Origin: Malacoraja senta
Taxonomy: Eukaryota
Direction of reading: 5' to 3'
NCBI GenBank assembly: GCA_038087875.1
Contig: JAXLNO010000504.1
Location: 1-64,000 of the forward strand
Length of the DNA: 64,000 nt
The notes under the pieces are model-generated. The model was not told where the DNA came from. It saw nothing but the letters and a program-made list of their open reading frames with translations, and made no database searches. Numbering within the stretch: the first letter of the stretch is position 1; each line of letters opens with the position of its first letter. Made by a program: the position numbers and the translations under genes. Positions 12,336 through 25,066 of the stretch are shown one piece after another.

Positions 12336-12944
12336 AGGCCTGTCTCACGAGTCTGCGGTAATTGGCGGCGAAACAGGAACAATCTACCGCTCCTGGGCCG
12401 CCATAGACCGCGCACTCGGTCAAACGCATAATTCCGGGGCCGTGCGGCGTTGTTCCCAACACCGCACGGTGCTAAAATAAAACCAACACTGTTCAAAAAA
12501 CTTTTCCTACCGCACAGCCTCCGCCAGTGAGGCACGAGTGCGGCACGGCCGCCGCCACAGCCGCCGCCAGTGTGGCACGAGCGCCGTGCGTCGAACTTGC
12601 ACCCACAGCCTCCGCCAGTGAGGCACGACCGCCGCCACAGCCGCCGCATCAGCCTCCGCCAGTGAGTCGCGTGTGCGGCACGGCCGCCGTCACAGCGCCG
12701 CGATCAGCACGGCCGCCGCCACAGCCCCGCAGATACGAAATGACGTCATCGCAGTCGGCCCGCCCTTTTTTTTTACTTACCGCAAGCCCGTGGGACCAGC
12801 CGCACTTAATCACTCGGCCCCGCGCAGCACCCGTGCGGCGCTCCCGTGGCATAGGCTCGGCGCTCTCGCCGTTGCCGTGCGGTCCCCTCTACCGGCGACG
12901 CCGCGCTTCACGGCCGATCACCGCAACACCGTAAGATAGAGCCT
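12336..12944. mobile_element. PIF/Harbinger-type MITE inserted in a Penelope terminal repeat
   Basis: Degenerate TIRs aggcctgtctcacg / gtaagatagagcct with TAA on both sides. The flanks rejoin to acacaaaatgccggag-taa-ctcagcgggacaggcagcatc. Confidence 0.75.
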
Positions 12945-13451
12945 TAACTCAGCGGGACAGGCAGCATCTCTGGAAAGAAGAAATGGATGACGTTTCGGAT
13001 CGAGACTCTTCTTAGCATCTGCAGTTCCTACCTACACACTCCCCTTCCAGTTATTGGGCACCGTTCCCTCCGTTGAAACGTATTGTGTTAATTTCTGGCG
13101 CTGTTTCGCATATTCTTTTGTAACATAGCTGAGCCTATTTCTACTGGAATAATTAATGATGCCAATATTCATTGGCAAATGTGCTGTTCTATTGTGCCAC
13201 ACAATAAAAAGACGAACGAATATGTGTGAGGGTATTATTATCGAGAGCGAGGAAGGATATCTCCGTCTACGTTTATAAAAAGATCTAGATTATGTGCAAA
13301 GGTGGGCCTTAGAATGGCATAAGGAATTGACATGTGTGAGCTGTTGAACATTCACAGTAAATGAGAAAATTACATCCAATTGCTGATTACCAATTCTTCT
13401 CGCTGTCTCCAGCTGAGAACCGAAGACGGGGATAACAGAGTTACATTGCAT

Positions 13452-13847
13452 TGGATCTTATTGAAACATATAAGATTGTTAAGGGTTTGGACACGCTAGA
13501 GGCAGGATACATGTTCCCGGTGTTGGGGGAGTCCAGAACCAGGGGCCACGGTTTAAGAATAAGGGGTAAGCCATTTAGTACGGAGACGAGGAAACGTTTT
13601 TTCTCACAGAGAGTTGTGAGTCTGTGGAACCGGCCTCCACCGCCTCAGAGGGCGGTGGAGGCCGGTTCACTGCATACTTTCAAGAGAGAGCTAGATAAGG
13701 CCCTTAACGATAGCGGAGTCAGGGGATATGGGGAGTAGGCAGGAACTGGGTACAAATGGGGGATGATCAGCCATGATCACATTGAATGGTGGTGCTGGCT
13801 CGAAGGGCCGAATGTTCTACTCCTCCACCTATTGTCTATTGTCTATT
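13452..13847 (+). mobile_element. CR1 3' fragment
   Basis: DLIETYKIVKGLD..TRGHGLRIRG with a (ctattgt)n tail. Confidence 0.88.
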
Positions 13848-16621
13848 TCTGTTAGCCGTTGATGACACACAATTTCGTCAGTTCTGCTCCGACTGTGGAA
13901 TCTACGGAACTACTAGAGGTCGAAAAGAGCATTAGAAAGGCCAGGAAGGTAAATGGTCCGCGAATGCACTATCCGACGATTAAGAAACGCTGAAGGTTCA
14001 TCATCCACCTTCGCCAATACCGATTCCCGCGCTTCGTTCCGGAGCCCCGGATTGCGAAATTCTTCATTTCCAACCGGGCCCTGGTTTCCGCGTTTCATTT
14101 AAATTCATTCAATTCCGTTGGCATAGTTTGCAGGAAACAATTGCCTCGTTCTGTTTGCTGGCTTTTGTTGACCTTGTCGCGTATAATGATACTAGGAGAT
14201 TTCGAGGAATCGATGAATGATGGAAAAGGGAAACTTCGGCCAAATAAAAATTAAAACCATTAACAGATCAACTAAGATGTAAGTCTCATGCCTTCCGATC
14301 CCATCCTGGGGACTTTTTGAACAGCAGCCTGACCCCAGGAGCTTGATAGTACTTCCACCGGTCCACGCGTTGGTCCAAGGGAAGTCCTGTGAACTTGCTC
14401 GCGGCACAGACTGACATCCCACATGTCCGCGATTTTACATAAACTACAAACAACAGTCACCGAAATTTTCCTTAACAAATTATGGAGAGGGGGGTTATTT
14501 AGTCGAGCTAAGTGTCCGATGTCTCAGGGAAGGAAGCAATGCATTGTCTTTCAGTATATGTTGTTGTGGCTGCAAGCTCTGAAGCCTCGTGATTTCCTGG
14601 ACATTCCAATTGAATATAATTATTTTCCGAAGAACCTAGTTGTTTTTTTTCCTGACGAAACCCGCTTGCATGGTGAGTGCGGTCAGCAGCCAATTATATT
14701 TTAATTGTGAAGCCTGTTACAATTCTTGCATTACACCCGTGTTAGCTGACCAAATAAGAAATTCTATTGACTTATAAAATAATTGAAGTTGTTTTGAAAT
14801 ATTAATAGAATAGTACAAAACTATTCTAGTTGCACAACATAATGTGCTGGGGTAAGTCACCGCGTCAGGCAGCATCCGTGAAGGGGAGCACGGTAGTGCG
14901 TCAGGATCCTTTTCAGTCCGATGTCAGTTCGACAATTATAGAACCATAGAAACAGAGAAACTAGGTGCAGGAGTAGGCCATTCTGCCCTTCGAGCCAGCA
15001 CCGTCATTCAATATGATCATGGCTGATCATCAAAAATCAGTATCCCATTCCGGTTTTTTCCTCATATCCCTTGTTCGGAATGTGCCACACTGTCTGATAT
15101 TTATTGTCCACCACACATCTATTCCACCAAGTTCAAGAACCAGAAATCTAAGCAAGTTAGGCCCGTCTTCAGCGCATGTCCAATGCCGAGCAATGATTAA
15201 CACAGTTTCATTAGATGTGGTGGAGTCTCGAGCCATTAATGCGCATTTATCTTTGCAAACAAAACTGAGCATTTTTTTGTAACCAGGAACAAACCTTTTT
15301 CAATGCAGGTAGCATTTTGTGTCTATCTTCGGTGTAAACCAGCATCTGCAGTTACTTCCTACAAACAATGTCCAACACTAGATGATGCAGCTTCATGGTG
15401 AGAGGGAAAAAGTATACTGCGGATATGCGGGGCAAGTATTTTAACCAGAAAGTGATGGGGCCTGGAAAGCATTGCCACGGATGGTGGTAGATATAGATAC
15501 GACTGAGGCGTTTAAGAGGCCTTTAGATAGACATGCGGAAGAGCAGGAAATCGAATGATATTGATCATGTACTGGAAGATGACATCAGTTCAATGTGGCA
15601 TCATGTTTGGCCCGAACATTTTGGGCTGAAGAGCCCGTTACCGTGCTGTACGGTTTTATGTTCTATCTTCTACCAATAAACCCCTAGCTTGCCCAACTTC
15701 CCCTTACCGTTAAGGACATCGAGACCTGGCAACATATGGCAAATATTATCTGCACTTCTTCCAACATACTGGTATCTTCCCTCGAGTAGGATGATCGAAA
15801 CTGAATACAATACACACAGTGAGGCTTCCACAACGTATTGGACAACTGTAACATAATGTCCCAACTACAACACTTAGTTCCGTGAGTGACGAAGGACAAC
15901 GTGCTTTCTTTCACCACGACGCCACGTTCAGTAATGGGACAGATATTACTTTAACGCTCTACTATTATCAATGCCTTCTGCTCTATAATGCGCCTGACCT
16001 ACACATACTCCGCAGAGAAAAAGCTTGATCCAATCGCCCACTTCAGTTCGCTGGTCACTGTGTAAACCCCATTGCACAGTAAACTCCATTGCACTACATC
16101 TCCGATATTCCGTTATCTGCCCGTTCAGAGCAAGAGTGTTTCTAGCGTTCCCTATAAATGAGCCAGGCCCCGGTTTATGCTCCACTTTAAACTAAATGGG
16201 ATCAACCACAGATTGCATACAACAATGCACAACATTATAGAAATTGAATGTGCAACAGGTGCGACTAGTAACAAAGAATAACATCCCGCCAGTCCATAAC
16301 CAGCCAGGTCGCCAGAATGGGGTCTGCCAGAGGTTTAATTGCCAGCAGCTTCTAAATGATGAACCAATACGCGCGGACACTGCAAATGCAGCACTGTCCT
16401 CTTTCGCCGTCTTCTTCCAAGCATCTGTTTCGAATGATTGTTTATATTCCGCAGAGTTAATAAAATGAAACATTTTAATGACTTCTGGATGAACAGAGCA
16501 TCCACTTCCGACGTCCGCCTAGCCGTCACAGATCCGCTAGCATTACCACACCGTCACGGTCTGATCGAATCCAAAATTCCAACATACAAAATTGCAAATT
16601 TTAGGTTGCCAATGTTCTTAC

Positions 16622-16688
16622 CTGGTATGCCAATAACTGCAATGATCACATAACTTATTTTTCTGGCCATGTAAAATATTCCAAGCAT
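16622..16688 (-). CDS. GPCR gene 1, coding exon 1 (MLGIFYMARKISYVIIAVIGIP + G)
   Basis: 67 nt from ATG to a CAG|GTAAGA donor. The phase-1 splice to 11428 gives ...IIAVIGIP-V-NFVAIVIL, restoring TM1 with its GxxxN motif. Total 325 aa, intron 11429-16621. Confidence 0.9.
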
Positions 16689-16772
16689 GTTCTTTAAGAA
16701 TCAATTCGTCTTCAAGACGCCCTAGATGTCTCTCAGGGAACCTCTGAGCTAATGCATCTGCTCCGCCATTAA

Positions 16773-16778
16773 TTTATA
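16773..16778 (-). promoter_or_regulatory. Putative TATA box of GPCR gene 1
   Basis: Minus strand ggTATAAAtt, ~85 nt upstream of the ATG. Confidence 0.6.
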
Positions 16779-17029
16779 CCCTGCAGCTTTCCCCCAGCGA
16801 TTATTAGCGATAATTATTGTTCAAAACATCGTACTTTACAATCTGCGCGAGAAAAAAAACGTCATTTAAGTTAAATCCCAATTGTCATAATGTCCTCGTC
16901 CACCAAAGCTCTCCCTCTAGCTCAGGCCCACCAGTAGTGGCTGAACCCTCGTAAATCGCCTCTGCACACTTTCCAATAATGATATCCTTTCAAAACCGCA
17001 CAGATTTCGATGATTTATGTACGTTTGTG

Positions 17030-19412
17030 ATGTGGCGGAGGTAAGCGTTGGGGAGCACTTCGGGTCCAGTGATCACAATACCATTAGTTTCAATATTATT
17101 ATGGAGAGGGTCAGAACTGGACCTAGGGTTGAGATTTTTGATTGGAGAAAGGCTAACTTTGAGGAGATGCGAAAGGATTTAAAAGGAGTGAATTGGGACA
17201 TGTTGTTTTATGGGAAGGATGTTGAAGAGAAATGGAGGACATTTAAGAGAGAAATTTTAAGAGTACAGAATCTTTATGTCCCTGTTCGGTTGAAAGGAAA
17301 TAGTAAAAAAATTGGAAAGAGCCATGGTTTGCAAGGGAAATTGGACACTTGGTTCGGAAAAAGAGAGAGATCTACAATAATTATAGGCAGCATGGATTAA
17401 ATGAGGTGCTTGAGGAGTATAAAGAATGTAAAAAGAATATTAAAAAAGAAATTAGAAAAGCTAAAAGAAGATATGAGGCTGCTTTGGCAAGTAAGGTGAA
17501 AGTAAATCCAAAGGGTTTCTACAGCTATATTAATAGCAAAAGGATAACAAGGAATAAAATTGGTCCATTAGAGAGTCAGAGTGGACAGCTATCTGCAGGG
17601 CCAAAAGAGATGGGGGAGATACTGAACAATGTCTTTTCTTCGGTATTCACCAAGGAGAAGGATATGGAATTATGTGAGGTAAGGGAAACAAGCAGAGTAG
17701 CAATGGAAACTATGAGATTCAAAGAAGAGGAGGTGCGGACAGTCTCCAGGTCCTGACAGCATATTCCCGAGGACATAGAGGGAAGTTAGTGTAGAAATAG
17801 CAGGGGCTATGACAGAAATATTTCAAATGTCATTAGAAACGGGAATAGTGCCGGAGGATTGGCGTACCGCGCATGTTCTTCCGTTGTTTAAAAAGGGTTC
17901 TAAGAGTAAACCTAGCAATTATAGACCTGTTAGTTTGACGTCAGTTGTGGGCAAATTAATGGAAAGGATACTTAGAGATAATATATATAAGCATCTGGAT
18001 AAGCAGGGTCTGATTAGGAACAGTCAACATGGATTTGTGCCTGGAAGGACATGTTTGACTAATCTTCTAGAATTTTTCGAAGAGGTTACTAGGGAAATTG
18101 ATGAGGGTAAAGCAGTGGATGTTGTCTATATGGACTTCAGTAAGGCCTTTGACAAGGTTCCTCATGGAAGGTTGGTTAAGAAGATTAAATTGTTGGGTAT
18201 TAATGGTGGAGTAGCAAGATGGATTCAACAGTGGCTGAATGGGAGATGCCAGAGAGTAATGGTGGATGGCTGTTTGTCAGGTTGGAGGCATGTGACTAGT
18301 GGGGTGCCTCAGGGATCTGTGTTGGGTCCACTGTTGTTTGTCATGTGCATCAATGATCTGGATGATGGTGTGGAAAATTGGATTAGTAAGTATGCAGCTG
18401 ATACTAAGATAGGTGGTGTGGTGGATAATTAAGTAGATTTTCAAAGGCTACAGAGAGATTTAGGCCATTTGGAAGAGTGGGCTGAAAGATGGCAGATGGA
18501 GTTTAATGCTGGTAAATGTGAGGTACTACATCTCGGCAGGACAAATCAAAATAGGACGTACATGGTAAATGGTAGAGAATTGAGGAATGCAGTTGAACAG
18601 AGTGATCTGGGAATAACTGTACATAGTTCCCTAAAGGTGGAATCTCATGTAGATAGGGTGGTAAAGAAAGTTTTTGGTGTGCTGGCCTTTATAAATCAGA
18701 GCATTGAATATAGAAGTTGGGATGTAATGTTAAAATTGTACAAGGCATTGGTGAGGCCAATTCTGGAGTATGGAGTACAATTTTGGTCACCTAATTATAG
18801 GAAGGATGTCAACAAAATAGAGAGAGTACAGAGGAGATTTACTAGAATGTTGCCTGGGTTTCAGCAACTAAGTTACAGAGAAAGGTTGAACAAGTTATGT
18901 CTTTATTCTTTGGAGCGCAGAGGGTTAAGAGGGGACTTGATAGAGGTCTTTAAAATTATGAGCGGGTTAGACAGAGTTGACGTGGATAAGCTTTTTCCAT
19001 TGAGAGTAGGAAAGATTCAAACAAGGGGACATGACTTGAGAATTAAGGGACAGAAGTTTAGGGGTAACATTTGGGGGAACTTCTTTACTCAGAGAGTGGT
19101 AGCTGTGTGGAATGAGCTTCCAGTGGAAGTGGTGGAGGCAGGTTCGACTTTATCCTTTAAAAATAGATTGGATGGGTATATGGACGGGAAAGGAATGGAC
19201 GGTTATGGTCTGATTGCAGGTAGATGGGACTAGGGGGGAAGTATTTATTTAATTTTTCTAAAAATTAAAAAAAAAATTTAAAAAATAAAAATAAAAATAA
19301 AAAATAAATAAAAAAAATTTAAAAAAATTAAAAAATGTTCGGCACGGACTTGAAGGGCCAAGATGGCCTGTTTCCGTGCTGTAATGGTTATATGGTTATA
19401 TGGTTATATGGT
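17030..19412 (+). mobile_element. 5'-truncated CR1 LINE (ORF2 RT region, inactivated)
   Basis: Fragmented ORFs 17017-19233 with RT motifs ([25 protein letters not shown] in place of YADD), stops and a deletion. Ends in an (atatggtt)n tail. Highly similar to 37885-40085. Confidence 0.95.
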
Positions 19413-21850
19413 TATTAGTATACGCAATTGTATTGAACACGTTTTGGCCAGCATGCAAAATCTGAAAGATGAAGCTATTGTGAGCCCATTTAACCTATGG
19501 CCATAGGGATTAAATGCTGTTGCGTGAAACACTCTCAGATTCATCTCCCGGCTTCAGATTGGTACATTTTTGTCTTTCTCCATCAAACTGCTCTCTTGAT
19601 CCTGTCAAGTTTTCGATGTAACACTGTCCTCAAAACCGGTTGCTAAGCATTTCTACTCCATGGGCCTCCTCCATTGCCAGAATAAAGTCACCCGCAAAGT
19701 GGATTATGTATTAAGCATGAACATTAAATTCTACAATTTAAAGTAATACCCCCTATCCCTCTCCCCATTACTTTCTTTTCAGTGCCCTCTCACTCCGATG
19801 AACACCCATTTTGCCCACCATCTCCCACATCATCAGTCACACTGCTCCTTTCCCCTCCTTCAGACACTCATCTCCTACCCCCGAAATCCCCCATTTCACT
19901 ACTACCCCCCCCCCCACGCCCTCCTACCCCCCCCCCCCCCCCGCCCCCCCACCCCACACACACTTCCCTGCCCTGTACCGTTTCGTCCACATACCTGGGG
20001 CTGGCTTATCATTTCATTCTTCTTCTTCCTTTCCAAAAAGAACAACTTGTTGTCACCATTTCGCCCCCAGAATTTGTCACTTCATCGATATGTCTGTCAA
20101 TCACCCACCCCTCTGTAACTCTGCGGGATTTGCCCAAAGCCACCCGCATCTTCCAGTTTTCTCCCCTCTACTCCATCATTCTAAAGTGTTCCGATTGAAC
20201 CGTCTCCTATTCATGTCCCTCCATAGATGCTGCCTAACCAGCTGAGTTCCTCCAGCACTTTGCTCAAAATTAAAGAATTTGTAGTGTGTGGTGTCTCCGC
20301 ACAAGATTGTCCAAATTCTCTCCGCAAAAAAAATTCTCTCCGCAAAAGAAGCCAACATTCAAAGAGAAATAGAAATTTCGGTGCAGATAAGTCACTATAT
20401 TTTTATATCCAATTCGTAATTCGTGTAAGCATATTCTGACCCTATTTATATTCAAATCGCCAATGCAATTTAGGGGCATGCATTTTCCAACACATTTTAA
20501 AAGCTCAAATCGAAACAGACTGCGCGCTTAAAAAAATATGTCCAACTATCATGGAACAGAAGGAACTGCGGATGCTGAAATCTTGCGCAGAACACACAGT
20601 GCTGAAATAATTCAGCGAGTCAGAAGTTGTACAACTTAAGCATCTACAACAATTCGAGTGTCCAGAACATTGGGCTTGCATTGGAACACAAAGTGTTGGA
20701 GTAACTCAGCGGGTCAGGCGGAATCCATTAAGGACCTGCATGCGCGAGTCTTTGGCTTGGGACTCTTCGTCAGACTGTTCTCTGTCATGAGCGCAGTGTG
20801 GTTGAGTTTGTCCACGGTGACCTGAAGAAGGTTCTGGAACTGTCCAACAACTTTCCAACCGACCTACTTAACCCTATCCCAGCAAGATAACTCTCTTGCA
20901 TTGTCACGGACTTGTGTTTTATTCTTACAGATTGTGTATTGCACGAGTGTCTTCTTTCGTATTTCGCAATGTTTTATTTGTCGTGCGTACAATTTTATGC
21001 AAAATGTATGTATGACTCAAAAGTAACTTATGATTATTTTATGTTTGTCGTTGTCTATGTGCCTGTGATACTGAAGCAAGCACGATTTTCATTGTACCCG
21101 CACCTTACCCTAGTTGTGTACATGATACCTAACATGTCTAATACTTTTGCACATCCAGAAGTGTTCTAACCACAACTCGACATAACCATTCAGCTGTAGC
21201 CCAACTATTTTCTTTTTGCAATTCTGGTGCGACTGCCCTTCGGCTGGAAATACCGCCTCGACCACTGAGTCATTGAGCACGGAAGCAGATCCTTCCGGCC
21301 AACCGTCTATGATGCTGAACTGTAGTTATAGCACTTGCCACTGCGATCTCCTCTGGCCGCTCGGCCCATATGCGTGTCATACTTTTTTGTTTATTTACGA
21401 GGGTTGAAATCTGTCCTGCTCGTGCGTTTTGGCGACAAACGTCCCTCTATAGTAATCGTTTAGAGGCGTTGACACAAGCGAGGTAACCTTGCTATGGCGC
21501 CCTGACGTTGAGCTGCCGGAAACATGCGTCCGACCTTCTAGGTGAGTCAGGAATGGGTTGTGGCACATGGCCATTGTGGATGATCGACCAGTGCCTGGAG
21601 CTATATCGAGTTAGAGGTAATGTTATTCATTTCAGTTCTTCGGGTCAGTGCACACATCGGTGCTTTAAATTCGTCTCGCGGCACAACCTGTGTAGATATG
21701 CAGGAGTTTGAGTACATTGGTTTCTGTGAAAAAGGTCAAGCTTTGCTGAGAGTCCACATTTGTAAAGAAGCGCCCAACTGTTTCTGTTCCAAGGAAGCCC
21801 TAGGTGCCGCCAGGTCGGGGTTAATGTTAAACAGACGCTAAACCCAGGTC

Positions 21851-22235
21851 TGTGATTGGGTAAAGGATTTTGTATTTATACATAGTATATGTGTTAAGTG
21901 CTTTTGTGTCTACATTGTTTGTAAGTAAGCAAATTAAGTGCCTCTTAATGTGATCTCTTATCTGTAAGAAGTGATTGACCTGTGGCGATGGCCCTCCCAT
22001 TGCATTTTCGCGCCCTTAGTGTCCCCGCCTCCGTTTAGGGGGTATAAAGGTGTCTATAGGGGTATAATCGTTTGGGCGTGCCGTTTGCTTCTTTCTCTTC
22101 TGTTTACGCGAGACTGCTGAGGGCTCGAGTGAGTAGATCCGAGGCCGTACCCGCGGAGTTGTATACGAATAAAGAAAGTGTTTGGAATCCAGTGTTTGAC
22201 TCATTGATTGACTGAACCAGACTAAGGGGATAATA
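21851..22235 (+). mobile_element. Probable solo LTR
   Basis: Starts TGT. Contains TATAAA (~22044) and AATAAA (~22168) in U3-R-U5 order. Ends ..gggataata (CA not intact) and no clear TSD. Confidence 0.45.
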
Positions 22236-23875
22236 TTAGATCCGGAATCAATACCTGTTTCTGTTCATTCGCGCACTCGTTCGCTCGACATCCTCTGATG
22301 TATTTGTTGCATCCTCGATATCGTACCGCTTAGCTCACGGAAACATTTCCTCTGACAGTAAATGCCAAAGTCTAACAGTTCCATAACCAATTACATTTCT
22401 CCGTTGCTGAATATGTCCTGCCCTGTAATTTATCTTCCTCGTGAGGATGAGCATCCTTTGTTTGCTAAATATGCACTTCCGATCTCATTCATAATATCAC
22501 CAACCTCAATCAGGCTATTTCCAAGCCTCTCGTCGTCAAAGCCTCTTGTGCGAGCGGCAGATCCTATATTTCTAATCAAGGACATAAATCCATTGCAGAT
22601 TTGCAGCACAAACCTACACGGCATTGTCCGCAGCTATCCACACGTTCACAATTGCAGTGTTACCTGGGCCTTCTTCAAATTTCTGACAACCTATGTTACA
22701 ACTACCCATTCAGATTACAGGCACCCTTGTGGTTAAGCTAATTCATCCTCAGATTCCATCCAAACCACGTGCAGCGTTTGCTAAACAAGAGCAGAGCATG
22801 AACATGAACAGGCCCTTCGGCCCAAAATGTCAGTGCCGAACACGAAGCCAATTTAAACTAACCGCTTGCACGTGGTGCATATTGTCGAAAAGCATCTTAT
22901 TCGTATACTTCCATCATTATCCCTGGAAGGCGCTCCGGGCACTGATCTCTCTGTGTGTAAAATATTATCCGCACACATTTCCTTTAAACTTTCCCCTCGC
23001 CTTTAAAACTCTTTCGTCTTTGATATTTCCACGGTGGTAAAATGATCGGTCTATCTACAGTATCTATTCATCTCATATTTTCCTTGGTATTAATATTAGT
23101 TTATCATTGCCAGCGTACCGAGATACAAGTGAAATGATTTAGCTGCGTGTTCTCTCATGAAATCAAATTGCACACGAGTACCCTGAAGTACCCATAAGTA
23201 GAATGTCAGTCTTCTGTTCCTCCTGCCAGCGAAAAGAAATATTGAACGTAATGGGCGGGGTTTCCTGGCGAGAATAATTAGGATATTGATATGTGGACTG
23301 GCGTTATCTGTGAAAACCATCCAGATTGACGAGACTTTCAGCGGATCAAAGTGGAGAATCGAGAATCGAGAGCAGTGGGCAAAACGTAAAGCGTCGAGCC
23401 AAGGTGATATTGAATGTCACATTTTCCGCTGAACCAGACAATTAAACACTCCTAGAGTAGGTTTACCAATTGTTAATAAAGGACCGTTTGTTCGACAATA
23501 ATACAGTATCTGACGTCGACATACTAGGTCCAACAGAGAGCAGTTCACTCTGACCTGTAACATCGGACACCTCCACACCAGACCCAGAAAGTTTGATCTG
23601 CGCTTTGGATAGTGCCCTGTAGTGCACCCTCAAGAACTTGCTGAGTACAGTCAAGACACGTTATATGCAGACTCGAATGCTGTGACTCTAACTCTAACAG
23701 TAACGTAGGGCCGAGCATCGAAAATGTGTCTACTTTCGTGACCCATGTCTCGGAACTACATGACATTTCACACAGATTTAGATAAAATATAATTGAGAAG
23801 GAAGTAATTACTCGTCAGTGCCAGAAGTTGCACATTAATTAATTAAACTAATTAGAAAATGAGATCGATAAAGTA

Positions 23876-23906
23876 AGCGCCATCTAGTGTGCAATGCCCA
23901 TATTAC
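23876..23906 (-). promoter_or_regulatory. Candidate CTCF site (reverse) in non-repetitive sequence
   Basis: The minus strand reads tgtaatatgggcattgcacACTAGATGGCGCT, a core match with a possible upstream TGYART module. Confidence 0.5.
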
Positions 23907-24399
23907 ACCATGGGGAGCCTATTTCAGTGTTGCAGTCTATTTGAACTATATATATATATATATATATGACTTGTGAATATGATTGTAATCATATATAACT
24001 ATGTATAATTATATTATATAAAAATAATATAATGAATATAATTGTGAGTGTGTATTTTGAATGAGACTGCCGCAGAGGTCCCGGGTTTTACCGGCTCATG
24101 AACCAGCCTAATTAAGGACAGTTCCTGTGGGTTCCCCCGTTTACTGAACCCCACGGACCGCCAGTGTCTTACTTCTGCTGTAAATGTCACATCCTGACCA
24201 AGAATCGAATGGTCTGATGTTTACTCGATGAGTATTTATTTTCAGTTACATTGAGCCTATATTTATGTTAGAGACCCACCCATGGTGCGTTTGCAAATGA
24301 GGGCTATTACCTTTAACCTAAAAGAACCCCAAAAGTGTTGCATTGTTTGTGTATCTGTAGTTTATGCGGGTGTCTGTGTGTACCTGTTAAACGTGTATC

Positions 24400-24518
24400 T
24401 GTAGATGTGTGTGCGTATGTGTGGATGTGTGTGTGGATGGATGTGTGTGGATGGATGTGTGTGTGTGGATGGATGTATGTGTGCATGGATGATTGTGAAT
24501 GGATGTGTGTGTGGATGG

Positions 24519-24566
<48 letters not shown>

Positions 24567-24937
24567 ATGTATGTGTGGATGGGTGTGTGTGGATGTTTGT
24601 GTGCATGGATGGATGTGTGTGTCGATGTGTGGATGGATGGATGGGTGTGTGTTTGGATGGGTGTGTGGATGGGTGTGTGGATGTATGTATGTGGATGGAT
24701 GTATGTGGATGGATGTACGTGTTGATGGGTGTGTGTATGTGTGGATGGATGTGTGTGTGGATGGATTTATGTGTGTATGTGTGGATGTGTGTGTGGATGT
24801 GTGGATGGATGTGTGTATGTGTGGATGTATGTGTGTATGTGTGGATGGATGTATGTGTGGATGTGTGGGAGGATGTGTGGGTGGATGTGTGGGTGGATGT
24901 GTGGATGGGTGAGTGTGTGTATGTATGGATGTGTGGG
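24400..24937. repeat. Compound (GT)/(GGAT) low-complexity satellite
   Basis: Interspersed gtgt and ggat units over ~540 bp. Confidence 0.95.
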
Positions 24938-25066
24938 AGGACAGTCGTAGTCATTCCCCAGCACGCCATAATCATGTCATTCACTCATTGTTTAAATAAT
25001 TCGACACAATAAACAGTAAAACACACCACATTTAAAGACTTTATATAATCATTTATTTCTCCAATC

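Noticed and set aside
12510..12730. Regularly spaced short repeats resembling a CRISPR array
   Set aside because: They are degenerate tandem units inside a MITE, with no unique spacers and no cas genes, in a eukaryotic context.
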